Shown here: one piece after another, positions 49,244-56,759 of the stretch
Position numbering within the stretch: the stretch's first letter is position 1
How the letters are laid out: every line of letters begins with the position of its first letter
Origin: a virus
Lineage: Duplodnaviria; Caudoviricetes
Virus record (IMG/VR): IMGVR_UViG_3300032235_001027
Coordinates: 1-56,759 of that record
Strand: one strand, 5' to 3'
Length of the DNA: 56,759 nt
The notes under the pieces: generated by a model
Seen by the model: only the letters and a program-made list of their open reading frames with translations
The model's database searches: none
Told to the model about the DNA's origin: nothing
Program-made: the position numbers and the translations under genes

Positions 49244-51655
49244 ATGGAGATGGAAAAATATAATCTTGTTCCTAGAGTCAAGAAAGTTATTGAGTCAGCT
49301 ATAGAGACAGGCAATAAATATAAACATAAAAAAATAAATAATGCCCATATATTGTACGCCATAGTTGAGCATGCATCTCTGCCAATTAAAGCAGTTTTTT
49401 CAAATTTTAAAGTAAATAATGATGGATTAAAAAAATCATTAATGTTGGAGCTTCCAATAGCTGAACCAAATCTTTTTTTAAAGGAAAATAATGAAGATTG
49501 GTGGAGTTCAGATATCGAAGATGCACTAAGGGCATCTTTCAAACTATCTAAAAGTCTAGGCCATGAATTTATAGGCGTTGAGCATTTAACTTATTCAATA
49601 CTTAAAAACGACGCTAAAATAAATAAATTTTTACTCTTTAAAGAGTTTCCATTGGATCAAGTCGCAGAAGCTGTGATTAATCTTTTAGATCCTAACGAAA
49701 AAAATGAAAGCGAAAAGGATAAAAAAGATAACGAAAATTCTTCAGAGGAAAAATCTGAAAAAATGTTTTGTGCTAAATATTGTCACAATTTAAATGAATC
49801 AGTTTTAAAATACGAGTCTAAAATTGAAGGTAGGGATGAAGAAATTTCTAAACTGATAGAGATTCTATCATGCAAAATTAAAAATAATGCAATATTAGTT
49901 GGCGAAGCTGGAGTTGGCAAAACTGCAATTGTTGAAGCATTAGCTCAATTAATCAACGCAAACGAATGTCCAATTTTCTTTTCTGGTTATAAAATTTATT
50001 CTTTAGACCTTGGATTAATGGTTGCAGGCACAAAGTACAGAGGTCAATTCGAAGAACGATTTAAAGGTCTTATAGAAGAATTAAAAGAAGATAAACAGTC
50101 AATTTTATTTATTGATGAGATTCATTCCATAGTTGGAGCTGGATCTACTGAAGGATCGCTTGATTTGGCAAATATGATTAAGCCTGCTTTGGCAAGAGGT
50201 GAAATTAAATGCGTTGGAGCAACAACGCAGGCTGAATATAAAAAATACTTTGAAAAAGATTCCGCTCTAAATAGAAGATTTCAAGTAGTTAATATCGAAG
50301 AGCCGAACAAAAAACAAACCTTTGAGATACTAAGAAAAGCCAAAGATGCTTATGAAACTTTTCACGGAGTCACTTATGATGATTTAATTATTGATAAAAT
50401 TATTACTTTGTCTGAGAAGTATATGCCGTACAGGAAATTTCCAGACAAAGCTTTTGACATTCTAGATAGAATAGGAGCAAAAGGAAAAATTCAAAAGTTT
50501 GAAATTCCTAAGAATCTAAAAAATAAAGAAGATGAAATTATAGACTCGATGGAAAAGTTTGATTTGTCCCTACAGGAAAATAAGGACAAATGCGAAAAGA
50601 TGCTTAAGAATTTCTTAACCAAGAGAAATGCTTGGATTAAAAAAACAGCAAGTTCATTTTTTACTATTAATGAGCAACATATTTTAGAGATCTTTTCAAA
50701 AATCAGTGGTCTTGATGTAGATAAAATAAAAGCAGAATGCACGGATAATTTTCTGTCTCTTAAAGAAGAAATTGAATCTAAAATATTTGATCAATCTCAA
50801 GTCATAAATAAAATTTACGAAGTTCTTTTGTGCGCAAAAGCGGGAATTAAAAAGACTAAGAAGACTATAGCTAATTTCTTATTTATTGGTTCGACTGGAG
50901 TTGGAAAAACTTATACTGCGAAAGTTATAGCTGAAAAGTTTTACAATAAATCTAACTCATTTCTTCAAATAGATATGGCGGAATACATAGACAAGAATTC
51001 CATATCTAAACTAATTGGAGCTACAGCAGGATACGTTGGATATGAAGAAGGTGGCCTTTTATCTGAGTTTGTTCGCAATAATCCATTTTCATTGATTCTT
51101 TTTGATGAAGTTGAAAAGGCTCATCCAGATGTAGTCAATATCTTATTGAAAATTATGGACGAAGGATCAATCGTTGATAATTTTAATCGGAAAATTGACT
51201 TCTCCAATACCATTATCGTATTAACTGGTAACATTGGCGCTGAAACTGAAACAGCCCGCTCTATGGGCTTCTCAAGCTCACAGTCTGCCGAAAACAGAAA
51301 GAATGATTATGAGAAAGCAGTAAAGAGGCAATTCAAACCAGAATTAATATCGAGACTTGATGAAATTTTAATTTTTAATAATAAGTTTTCAAAAGATGGT
51401 TTATTTAAAATGATTTCAGAAACAATTTCTGAAATACAAGATTCGTTGAAAAGCAAGGATATAAAACTAGAAACCTCAAATGAGATTAAAAATCATTTAT
51501 ATTCTTTAATTGAAAAAGATGGCAATAATGCTAGATCTGTACAAAAAGTATTAAAAAATAATTTTGAATTACCCTTGTGCAAGTTTTTAGTTTCAAATCA
51601 AAATTTGAGTAAAATTTCTATAAAACTAGTTGACAATGACATCTACTTCATGTAG
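49244..51655 (+). CDS. ClpA/ClpC-type AAA+ ATPase
   Basis: Clp N-domain (GVEHL), GEAGVGKT, FIDEIH, GSTGVGKT, FDEVEKAHP, MGF ClpP-docking loop. Start 49244 or 49250; GTGTAA at 49235-49240. Confidence 0.9.
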   Translation: MEMEKYNLVPRVKKVIESAIETGNKYKHKKINNAHILYAIVEHASLPIKAVFSNFKVNNDGLKKSLMLELPIAEPNLFLKENNEDWWSSDIEDALRASFKLSKSLGHEFIGVEHLTYSILKNDAKINKFLLFKEFPLDQVAEAVINLLDPNEKNESEKDKKDNENSSEEKSEKMFCAKYCHNLNESVLKYESKIEGRDEEISKLIEILSCKIKNNAILVGEAGVGKTAIVEALAQLINANECPIFFSGYKIYSLDLGLMVAGTKYRGQFEERFKGLIEELKEDKQSILFIDEIHSIVGAGSTEGSLDLANMIKPALARGEIKCVGATTQAEYKKYFEKDSALNRRFQVVNIEEPNKKQTFEILRKAKDAYETFHGVTYDDLIIDKIITLSEKYMPYRKFPDKAFDILDRIGAKGKIQKFEIPKNLKNKEDEIIDSMEKFDLSLQENKDKCEKMLKNFLTKRNAWIKKTASSFFTINEQHILEIFSKISGLDVDKIKAECTDNFLSLKEEIESKIFDQSQVINKIYEVLLCAKAGIKKTKKTIANFLFIGSTGVGKTYTAKVIAEKFYNKSNSFLQIDMAEYIDKNSISKLIGATAGYVGYEEGGLLSEFVRNNPFSLILFDEVEKAHPDVVNILLKIMDEGSIVDNFNRKIDFSNTIIVLTGNIGAETETARSMGFSSSQSAENRKNDYEKAVKRQFKPELISRLDEILIFNNKFSKDGLFKMISETISEIQDSLKSKDIKLETSNEIKNHLYSLIEKDGNNARSVQKVLKNNFELPLCKFLVSNQNLSKISIKLVDNDIYFM

Positions 51656-51658
51656 TAT
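51630..51658 (+). promoter_or_regulatory. Sigma70-like promoter
   Basis: TTGACA-N17-TAGTAT upstream of the small gene. Confidence 0.5.
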
Positions 51659-51667
51659 TCTTTGCAT

Positions 51668-51886
51668 ATGAGAACTAGAAATACTACAACAAGCAAGAAA
51701 ACAACAGCTCTATTTGACCGTATTGCAAATACTGCAGGTCGGTTTTTTGGAGTGACAATGCAGAGTGGTGAGCGTATTAACGCTCAATATCGTAGTCAAT
51801 CAGAGCGATATTTGGTAGTCTATGATCGCAATCAGGCCCGCAATCGTCGTCTCCTTAAGACGAATGTTAGTGCAGCCACTGTCTAA
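51668..51886 (+). CDS. Small basic hypothetical protein
   Basis: ATG at 51668 within ORF 51662..51886; has its own promoter and terminator. Confidence 0.65.
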   Translation: MRTRNTTTSKKTTALFDRIANTAGRFFGVTMQSGERINAQYRSQSERYLVVYDRNQARNRRLLKTNVSAATV

Positions 51887-51908
51887 ATTTAATTAATTTA
51901 GTCAATTT

Positions 51909-51945
51909 AAACCCCGCTAAGTTTACTTGGCGGGGTTTTTATTTT
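51909..51945 (+). terminator. Rho-independent terminator
   Basis: aaaccccgctaag-ttta-cttggcggggttt-ttatttt. Confidence 0.85.
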
Positions 51946-51962
51946 ATAATGTAATATATAGT

Positions 51963-53048
51963 ATGAACATAACAACAGCTTTAAATCAAAGATCTTTTTT
52001 AATTCCAAGAGCTGACTTTGTTTCAGGTTCTCAAGAGAGTCTCATTAAACTTATTTTCGCAAGACATGGAGAAAAAGTAGTCACAAAAATAAAATTAATA
52101 GATGAAAATGATGATTATGATTCTTTTTTAGTAGAGGTTTTCGATAAAGGTTTTTGTTTAAAAATTTCTTTTGATCAAGTGCCTATTTTTTATGATTTCA
52201 TGATTTTAAAAGGGATTGAGCATTTAGAAATAGCTCCTCAAGCTGTAGATAGAAATGAAATTGAATACGGCAAAACGATTTACTATACGATCCAAACATT
52301 TGAATATTCAGAAAATTTATTGAATCTTGGCGGTTCTGCAATTTTAGATGAACAATATAGTTACTTTAATAATGTTATTTCTAGAATGCATTTTTATGAA
52401 CCACCAAAAGAAGTTTGGCCACATTTAGATGACACTAAATCCTATTTGGAATATCAAAATATTAATTTTGAAAATATTTTATCTTACGTGGACTCTGGAG
52501 AAGAAGATGAGTTTGAATTTGCCAAAAGCATGTACGCAGAAATATTTTTTGAAATGATGTCTATTTTTGAGAAAAATGAAAGCTCTTTAAAACTTAAAAA
52601 ATTAGTTCATGGAAATTTAGACTTAAGCACAATCATAAATAATAATAATTCTTTTAAATTTATTAATTTTGAAAATGCATTTGTCGGAAGTCCGTTTTTT
52701 GATTTAGCAAATTTAGCATTTGAATTACAAATGACTGGTCTAAAAGAATATGATTTTGTAACAAAAAGAATTAAAGATATTAAATTAGTTCAAAATAGAC
52801 TAAAGGCTGGAGAATTTTTAAATGAATATAAAATATGCAAACAAATTTGGAATAGAAAAAAACTTCTAGACTTAATGAAAGATTACGTAAAAGAAATAAT
52901 TGTAATGAACAGCTCTAGAGTTGATAAAATTGCAAGACTTTCAAGTGATTTCTCAAATCATTTTTATCGTTTTTCAGAAATAGAAGCGTTTCAAAAAAAT
53001 AAAGATTTCTTTGTGCAAAAATTTTCAGAATTAATTCTGAACAAATAA
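51963..53048 (+). CDS. APH/choline-kinase-like fold protein, probably catalytically altered
   Basis: CLKI, LVHGNL, FINFE and GSPFFDLA mirror APH-family HGDL, IDFE and G.P..DLA. Likely start MNITT, because the 51927 start lies in the terminator. Confidence 0.65.
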   Translation: MNITTALNQRSFLIPRADFVSGSQESLIKLIFARHGEKVVTKIKLIDENDDYDSFLVEVFDKGFCLKISFDQVPIFYDFMILKGIEHLEIAPQAVDRNEIEYGKTIYYTIQTFEYSENLLNLGGSAILDEQYSYFNNVISRMHFYEPPKEVWPHLDDTKSYLEYQNINFENILSYVDSGEEDEFEFAKSMYAEIFFEMMSIFEKNESSLKLKKLVHGNLDLSTIINNNNSFKFINFENAFVGSPFFDLANLAFELQMTGLKEYDFVTKRIKDIKLVQNRLKAGEFLNEYKICKQIWNRKKLLDLMKDYVKEIIVMNSSRVDKIARLSSDFSNHFYRFSEIEAFQKNKDFFVQKFSELILNK

Positions 53049-53468
53049 GTTTATATCATTCAAAATCATAGGATAAAAATATAATAAAATATTTATATCT
53101 AAAGGAAAAAATTTAGTTGTTATATCTCTTAATTCGTTCTTATAAAAAACTATTTTATTTTTTCTTTCTTCATCATTTGCTTCAAGAGCTTTGACAAAAG
53201 CAATATCTAATTTTTGCATTAATGGCTCTCTAAGAATTCTTAATTCTTCTTTTTTTAATTCTATTGCGACGTATATATTTATGTCTGGAGAATTTGTTTC
53301 CTCATTCCAGTAAAATGCTGGATAGAATTGCATTGGCAATTGATTCGCAGTAGGCAATATTTTATATGCTTTTGGGTTTATTTTATTTACAAAATCTAGA
53401 CATTCATTATTAGTTTCAAAATAATGAATACCTAATCCATGAGAAGTATTTGTATATAAAGTATACAT
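53031..53468 (-). CDS. Tail fibre assembly chaperone-like protein
   Basis: LRILREPLMQKLD...KNELRDIT pattern, downstream of the fibre gene. Confidence 0.6.
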   Translation of the reverse strand: MYTLYTNTSHGLGIHYFETNNECLDFVNKINPKAYKILPTANQLPMQFYPAFYWNEETNSPDINIYVAIELKKEELRILREPLMQKLDIAFVKALEANDEERKNKIVFYKNELRDITTKFFPLDINILLYFYPMILNDINLFVQN

Positions 53469-53470
53469 AA

Positions 53471-55585
53471 TTAATAGCCAAAAATTGTAAAGGTTCCAGT
53501 TCCATTCAATGAATTATTGCCAATTGAATAATAACTTCTTGAAGAAAGCGTCATGCATGCTGGAAGTAAACTAAATATTACTTCTCCATAATTATTTCCA
53601 AATGTTATTTTTTCAAAATCTCCAGTTTGATAATTACCAGTAGTAGCAGAAACAATTCTTTTTCCAGCATAATTAACTAAAGTGGAGAACATTGGAATTT
53701 GAACGGAACAAGCATATGATCCCAATGGACCCCAAGAAGCTGCCTGCCCACTAGCTCCAGCTGCTAATCCAGTTGAAATTATTCCACTTGTTAAACCCGC
53801 TACAGTTCCACTGCTTCCAGAATAATAAGCTAATCCAGGTATGCTCCCAGATCCAGTTCTTAAATATCCAGACATTTCACCACTAACAAGACTACTTCCA
53901 GATGAAAGATATCCAGTTCTAACTCCTCCGAAAGCATCAAAACCACTAACAGGATGAAATTGCAAATTAAAGGTAAATGGAGCCTTTACAGTTTCTGCTA
54001 AAGCCAATCCATACATAACATACGGATTATTCCATTGTCCACTTAATCCAGTTCCAGTTGGATAATAACGAAGTTGTGTCGCAGCGCTTCCAGACGCAGC
54101 TATTCCAGTTATTGGTAAAGTTATTCTACAGACATTATATCCAGTCAATAATGTCGGAATGCCACTAATTAGTGAAAATACGCCCCAAGCTTTTGCTGTA
54201 TTTGCCGCTTTAACATATCCAGTACAAGCTGTTCCTATATGAAATCCAGAAGAAGCGAAACAAGTAATTGTAGAACCACTTGTTTGAGAAAATACTGCTC
54301 CACTTACAAGCGTGCCGCTTATTGAGCCAGTTGTTAAGAAATTTCCAGTAGAACAAAAATTACCACCAGAAATCATACCAAATCCACAAATATCTGTAGC
54401 ACAAATATGCTTTTGAACACAAAGACATCCAGACAATACATTTAAAGATGTATCCAAACCAGTTGTACATATGTTATAAAATGCACCACTTCCAGTATTT
54501 AAAAAATTGCCTATATTGCAAAAAAATCCAGAATTTTGAAAGGAGCCATAATTATACAAATTGCTACCGCTCAAGCATAAATTTACATAATTACATATTA
54601 ATATATCAGAACTTGAACCGTTAATGTTATTAAAGCAGCCAGTTGTAACACATAATCCAGATACTTTTAAGCATTGAAAACAGGAATTACCAGTTCCAGT
54701 TATTGATTTTATATTTACTGTATTTAAATAAGCGTCACAAAAATACAAATTACCTTCACCACTTAAATTTGGAAATGCTCCAGTTTTAAAGCAAGCCACG
54801 CCATCAGAGCATATGCTATATCCTCCAGTCAAAATAACATTTCCAGAAAATATAGAATCTTTTCTAAAGATTGATCTTGTATTAACATCTAGTCCAGTAC
54901 CAGCGGCATTAAAGCACCCAGTTCCAGTTATATTTAAATTACCACTAAATAATGAAGTAGCATTAAAGTATGAATTCCCATAATTCGCAAAAGAATAACT
55001 ACTCAATGGAAGTCCGCCAACTGAGGTGGAATTGCCACTTATGTAATAAACGCCTTGCTCGTTAAGATTATCGAATCTAAATGCATTAGATCCACTTAAA
55101 CAAATTCCAGAATTGCTTGATTGGCATATATAAAATTGAACTTGACAAGAACAATTTAAAGATCTGAATGCATTATTTATTGTTGCCGTATTGGGAATTA
55201 ACGTAAATGATGGCGAAGATGAAAAGGATTGAATGCCATTAAATGCAGAATAAATGCCACTACCAGCAGCAAAATTTCCAACATTCGAAAACGAGAAAAC
55301 TGAATTATTGCCAGAAATATATAAACATTTATTTGTTGGCAAAGCTAAATAAGCTGGATTTGATGAATTGGTATCAGTATACTCAATTTTATTTTTACAA
55401 GTTTGAATTGCGCAATTTGCTACATATATGCCAGAATTATCATTAGCATCTCTAATTAAAAAACCAGACGTGCTTATATTTGAGGTGCATAATGGTCCAA
55501 CATAATTTCCAGTCAATCTCATGTAAGATTGCTGTATCTCGCAGCATATTTCTCCTGTAGTATTCCCTAAGATTAAATTAGCCAT
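53471..55585 (-). CDS. Tail fibre-like protein, Cys- and [S/T]G-rich
   Basis: Beta-strand/Gly repeats, TAKAWGVF fibre motif, followed by a chaperone-like gene. Confidence 0.65.
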   Translation of the reverse strand: MANLILGNTTGEICCEIQQSYMRLTGNYVGPLCTSNISTSGFLIRDANDNSGIYVANCAIQTCKNKIEYTDTNSSNPAYLALPTNKCLYISGNNSVFSFSNVGNFAAGSGIYSAFNGIQSFSSSPSFTLIPNTATINNAFRSLNCSCQVQFYICQSSNSGICLSGSNAFRFDNLNEQGVYYISGNSTSVGGLPLSSYSFANYGNSYFNATSLFSGNLNITGTGCFNAAGTGLDVNTRSIFRKDSIFSGNVILTGGYSICSDGVACFKTGAFPNLSGEGNLYFCDAYLNTVNIKSITGTGNSCFQCLKVSGLCVTTGCFNNINGSSSDILICNYVNLCLSGSNLYNYGSFQNSGFFCNIGNFLNTGSGAFYNICTTGLDTSLNVLSGCLCVQKHICATDICGFGMISGGNFCSTGNFLTTGSISGTLVSGAVFSQTSGSTITCFASSGFHIGTACTGYVKAANTAKAWGVFSLISGIPTLLTGYNVCRITLPITGIAASGSAATQLRYYPTGTGLSGQWNNPYVMYGLALAETVKAPFTFNLQFHPVSGFDAFGGVRTGYLSSGSSLVSGEMSGYLRTGSGSIPGLAYYSGSSGTVAGLTSGIISTGLAAGASGQAASWGPLGSYACSVQIPMFSTLVNYAGKRIVSATTGNYQTGDFEKITFGNNYGEVIFSLLPACMTLSSRSYYSIGNNSLNGTGTFTIFGY

Positions 55586-55758
55586 TATTCTTCCTTATTT
55601 TTCCAGTATTTTATTAAATGCACTATTTTAAGTATAGTGTATAAAAGGGCGGCGCTTAAGCCAGCCAACCTTAATCCATTTTCCAGAGAAGTAAAAGAAG
55701 CGCCCAAAGCTACTGCATTAGCTCCTATAACTTTTACACTGTCTGGTATCTGATCCAT
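55585..55758 (-). CDS. Small membrane protein, holin-like (not in ORF track)
   Basis: MDQIPDSVKVIGANAVALGASFTSLENGLRLAGLSAALLYTILKIVHLIKYWKNKEE (57 aa). The stop overlaps the fibre ATG (TAATG); GTGTAA lies 8 nt upstream. Confidence 0.65.
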   Translation of the reverse strand: MDQIPDSVKVIGANAVALGASFTSLENGLRLAGLSAALLYTILKIVHLIKYWKNKEE

Positions 55759-55766
55759 GTTTATTT

Positions 55767-55772
55767 TTACAC
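55767..55772 (-). promoter_or_regulatory. GTGTAA motif
   Basis: GTGTAA-aaataaac-ATG on the minus strand. Confidence 0.5.
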
Positions 55773-55795
55773 ATTATAATTTATTATATTCATAA

Positions 55796-56671
55796 ATGAA
55801 GAACATTATTTTTCAAGTAAATGGCGGCATTGGAAAGTCTATTATGGCTACAGCCGTATGCAGGGCTATCAAGAAGACTTACCCAGATTACAATTTGATC
55901 GTTTTATCTGGATATCCAGAAGTCTTTATTGGTAATCCAAATGTACATAGGTTCTATAGGGTTGGAATGGCTCCTTACTTTTATGAGGATTTCGTAAAGG
56001 GTGATGATACAATTTTCATGATTGATGAGCCTTATCTTTCCAAGGGCTACTTTAAGAAAAGCATGCATTTAGTGGAAGCATGGTGCGAAAATTTGGGCAT
56101 TAAGTTTGATGGAATTAAGCCAGATTTGTTCTTGAATCCATTAGAAATTAACAAAACAAAGTTCCAAGCTCCAAACAACAAACCAGTAATGATTTTCCAG
56201 CCATTTGGTGGCGGTTCTAAGGACGTTCAGTATAGCTGGAATAGGGATATCCCGCCACACCAAGCGCAGGCTATAGCGAACGTTTTAAGCCAAAAGTACC
56301 ACATTCTACAGATCTGCAGAGATGATCAGATTAAGTTACAGAATGTTCAGCACATTCATGCTCCATTTAGAGATTTGTTTGGTCTTATTTTGAGCAGTCA
56401 AGCTAGACTTGGAATTGATAGTTTTATGCAGCATGCTGCTGCCGCTTTTGGCAAGCAAACTTCAGTATGTTGGATCACTAACAAGCCAGTCGTCTTTGGC
56501 TACAAGAACAACAAGAACATTCTTCCAGATCCAAAACTAAAAACAACAATCTCAACACCCCCAGTTGAAGGTTATCTTGAGGAGTATGATTTTTCTGGCC
56601 ATAGGATACATGATTATCCTTATGCGACTCCAGATGTTTTTGACCTTAATGAAATAATTAAGGGATTTTAG
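55796..56671 (+). CDS. Glycosyltransferase, GT9 (heptosyltransferase)-like
   Basis: GGIGKSIMATAV, NPNV, GIDSFMQHAAAA. Confidence 0.75.
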   Translation: MKNIIFQVNGGIGKSIMATAVCRAIKKTYPDYNLIVLSGYPEVFIGNPNVHRFYRVGMAPYFYEDFVKGDDTIFMIDEPYLSKGYFKKSMHLVEAWCENLGIKFDGIKPDLFLNPLEINKTKFQAPNNKPVMIFQPFGGGSKDVQYSWNRDIPPHQAQAIANVLSQKYHILQICRDDQIKLQNVQHIHAPFRDLFGLILSSQARLGIDSFMQHAAAAFGKQTSVCWITNKPVVFGYKNNKNILPDPKLKTTISTPPVEGYLEEYDFSGHRIHDYPYATPDVFDLNEIIKGF

Positions 56672-56693
56672 AAACAAAAAAGGCAAAAAAAGA

Positions 56694-56722
56694 GGGAAGA
56701 GTTTCGGCTCTTCCCCTTTTTT
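56694..56722 (+). terminator. Rho-independent terminator
   Basis: gggaagagt-ttcg-gctcttccc followed by a T6 tract; A-tract upstream. Confidence 0.85.
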
Positions 56723-56759
56723 ATTAATTAATGAAACTAAAACTTAAGAAAAGTTTTCT

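Noticed and set aside
1593-55585. Diversity-generating retroelement acting on fibres
   Set aside because: No reverse transcriptase and no template/variable repeat pair visible in the window.
1-56759. Alternative genetic code (stop-codon reassignment)
   Set aside because: Standard-code ORFs tile the window densely, and TAA, TAG and TGA all end recognisable full-length proteins.

Overview
The window is a gene-dense, AT-rich segment of a large tailed dsDNA bacteriophage, most likely a long non-contractile-tail (sipho-like) phage, read in the standard code. About 1-25.4 kb is a neck/tail module: a partial repeat-rich fibre, a BNR beta-propeller, two reverse-strand chaperone-like paralogs, neck proteins, the major tail tube, a 3423-aa tape measure protein, tube/distal-tail paralogs and a Cys-rich LamG protein. 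About 25.4-29.6 kb is a reverse-strand block (Hsp20, glycosyltransferase, SSB, phage sigma factor, dNMP kinase, dUTPase). About 29.9-53 kb holds a class I ribonucleotide reductase, a modular head-type protein, a glycosyltransferase/NDP-deoxysugar cluster, RecA, DnaB, primase, a PD-(D/E)xK exonuclease, a three-piece Pol III (PHP, exonuclease, DnaE core), a ClpA/C-like ATPase and a probable pseudokinase. The window ends with a fibre plus chaperone, an unannotated holin-like gene and a GT9-like glycosyltransferase. Three signals stand out. (1) The tape measure protein carries cassettes delimited by a repeated G[YK][IV]PNF motif, two of them with PD-(D/E)xK nuclease-like motifs, suggesting injected effectors. 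(2) Surface virion proteins are strongly enriched in [S/T]-G dipeptides and Cys in a phage carrying several glycosyltransferases and dideoxysugar enzymes, suggesting a sequon-directed virion glycosylation system. (3) A GTGTAA motif, often 8-9 nt before the ATG, looks like a promoter for the phage sigma factor. All assignments come from motifs read by eye; no searches were run and all counts are approximate hand counts.
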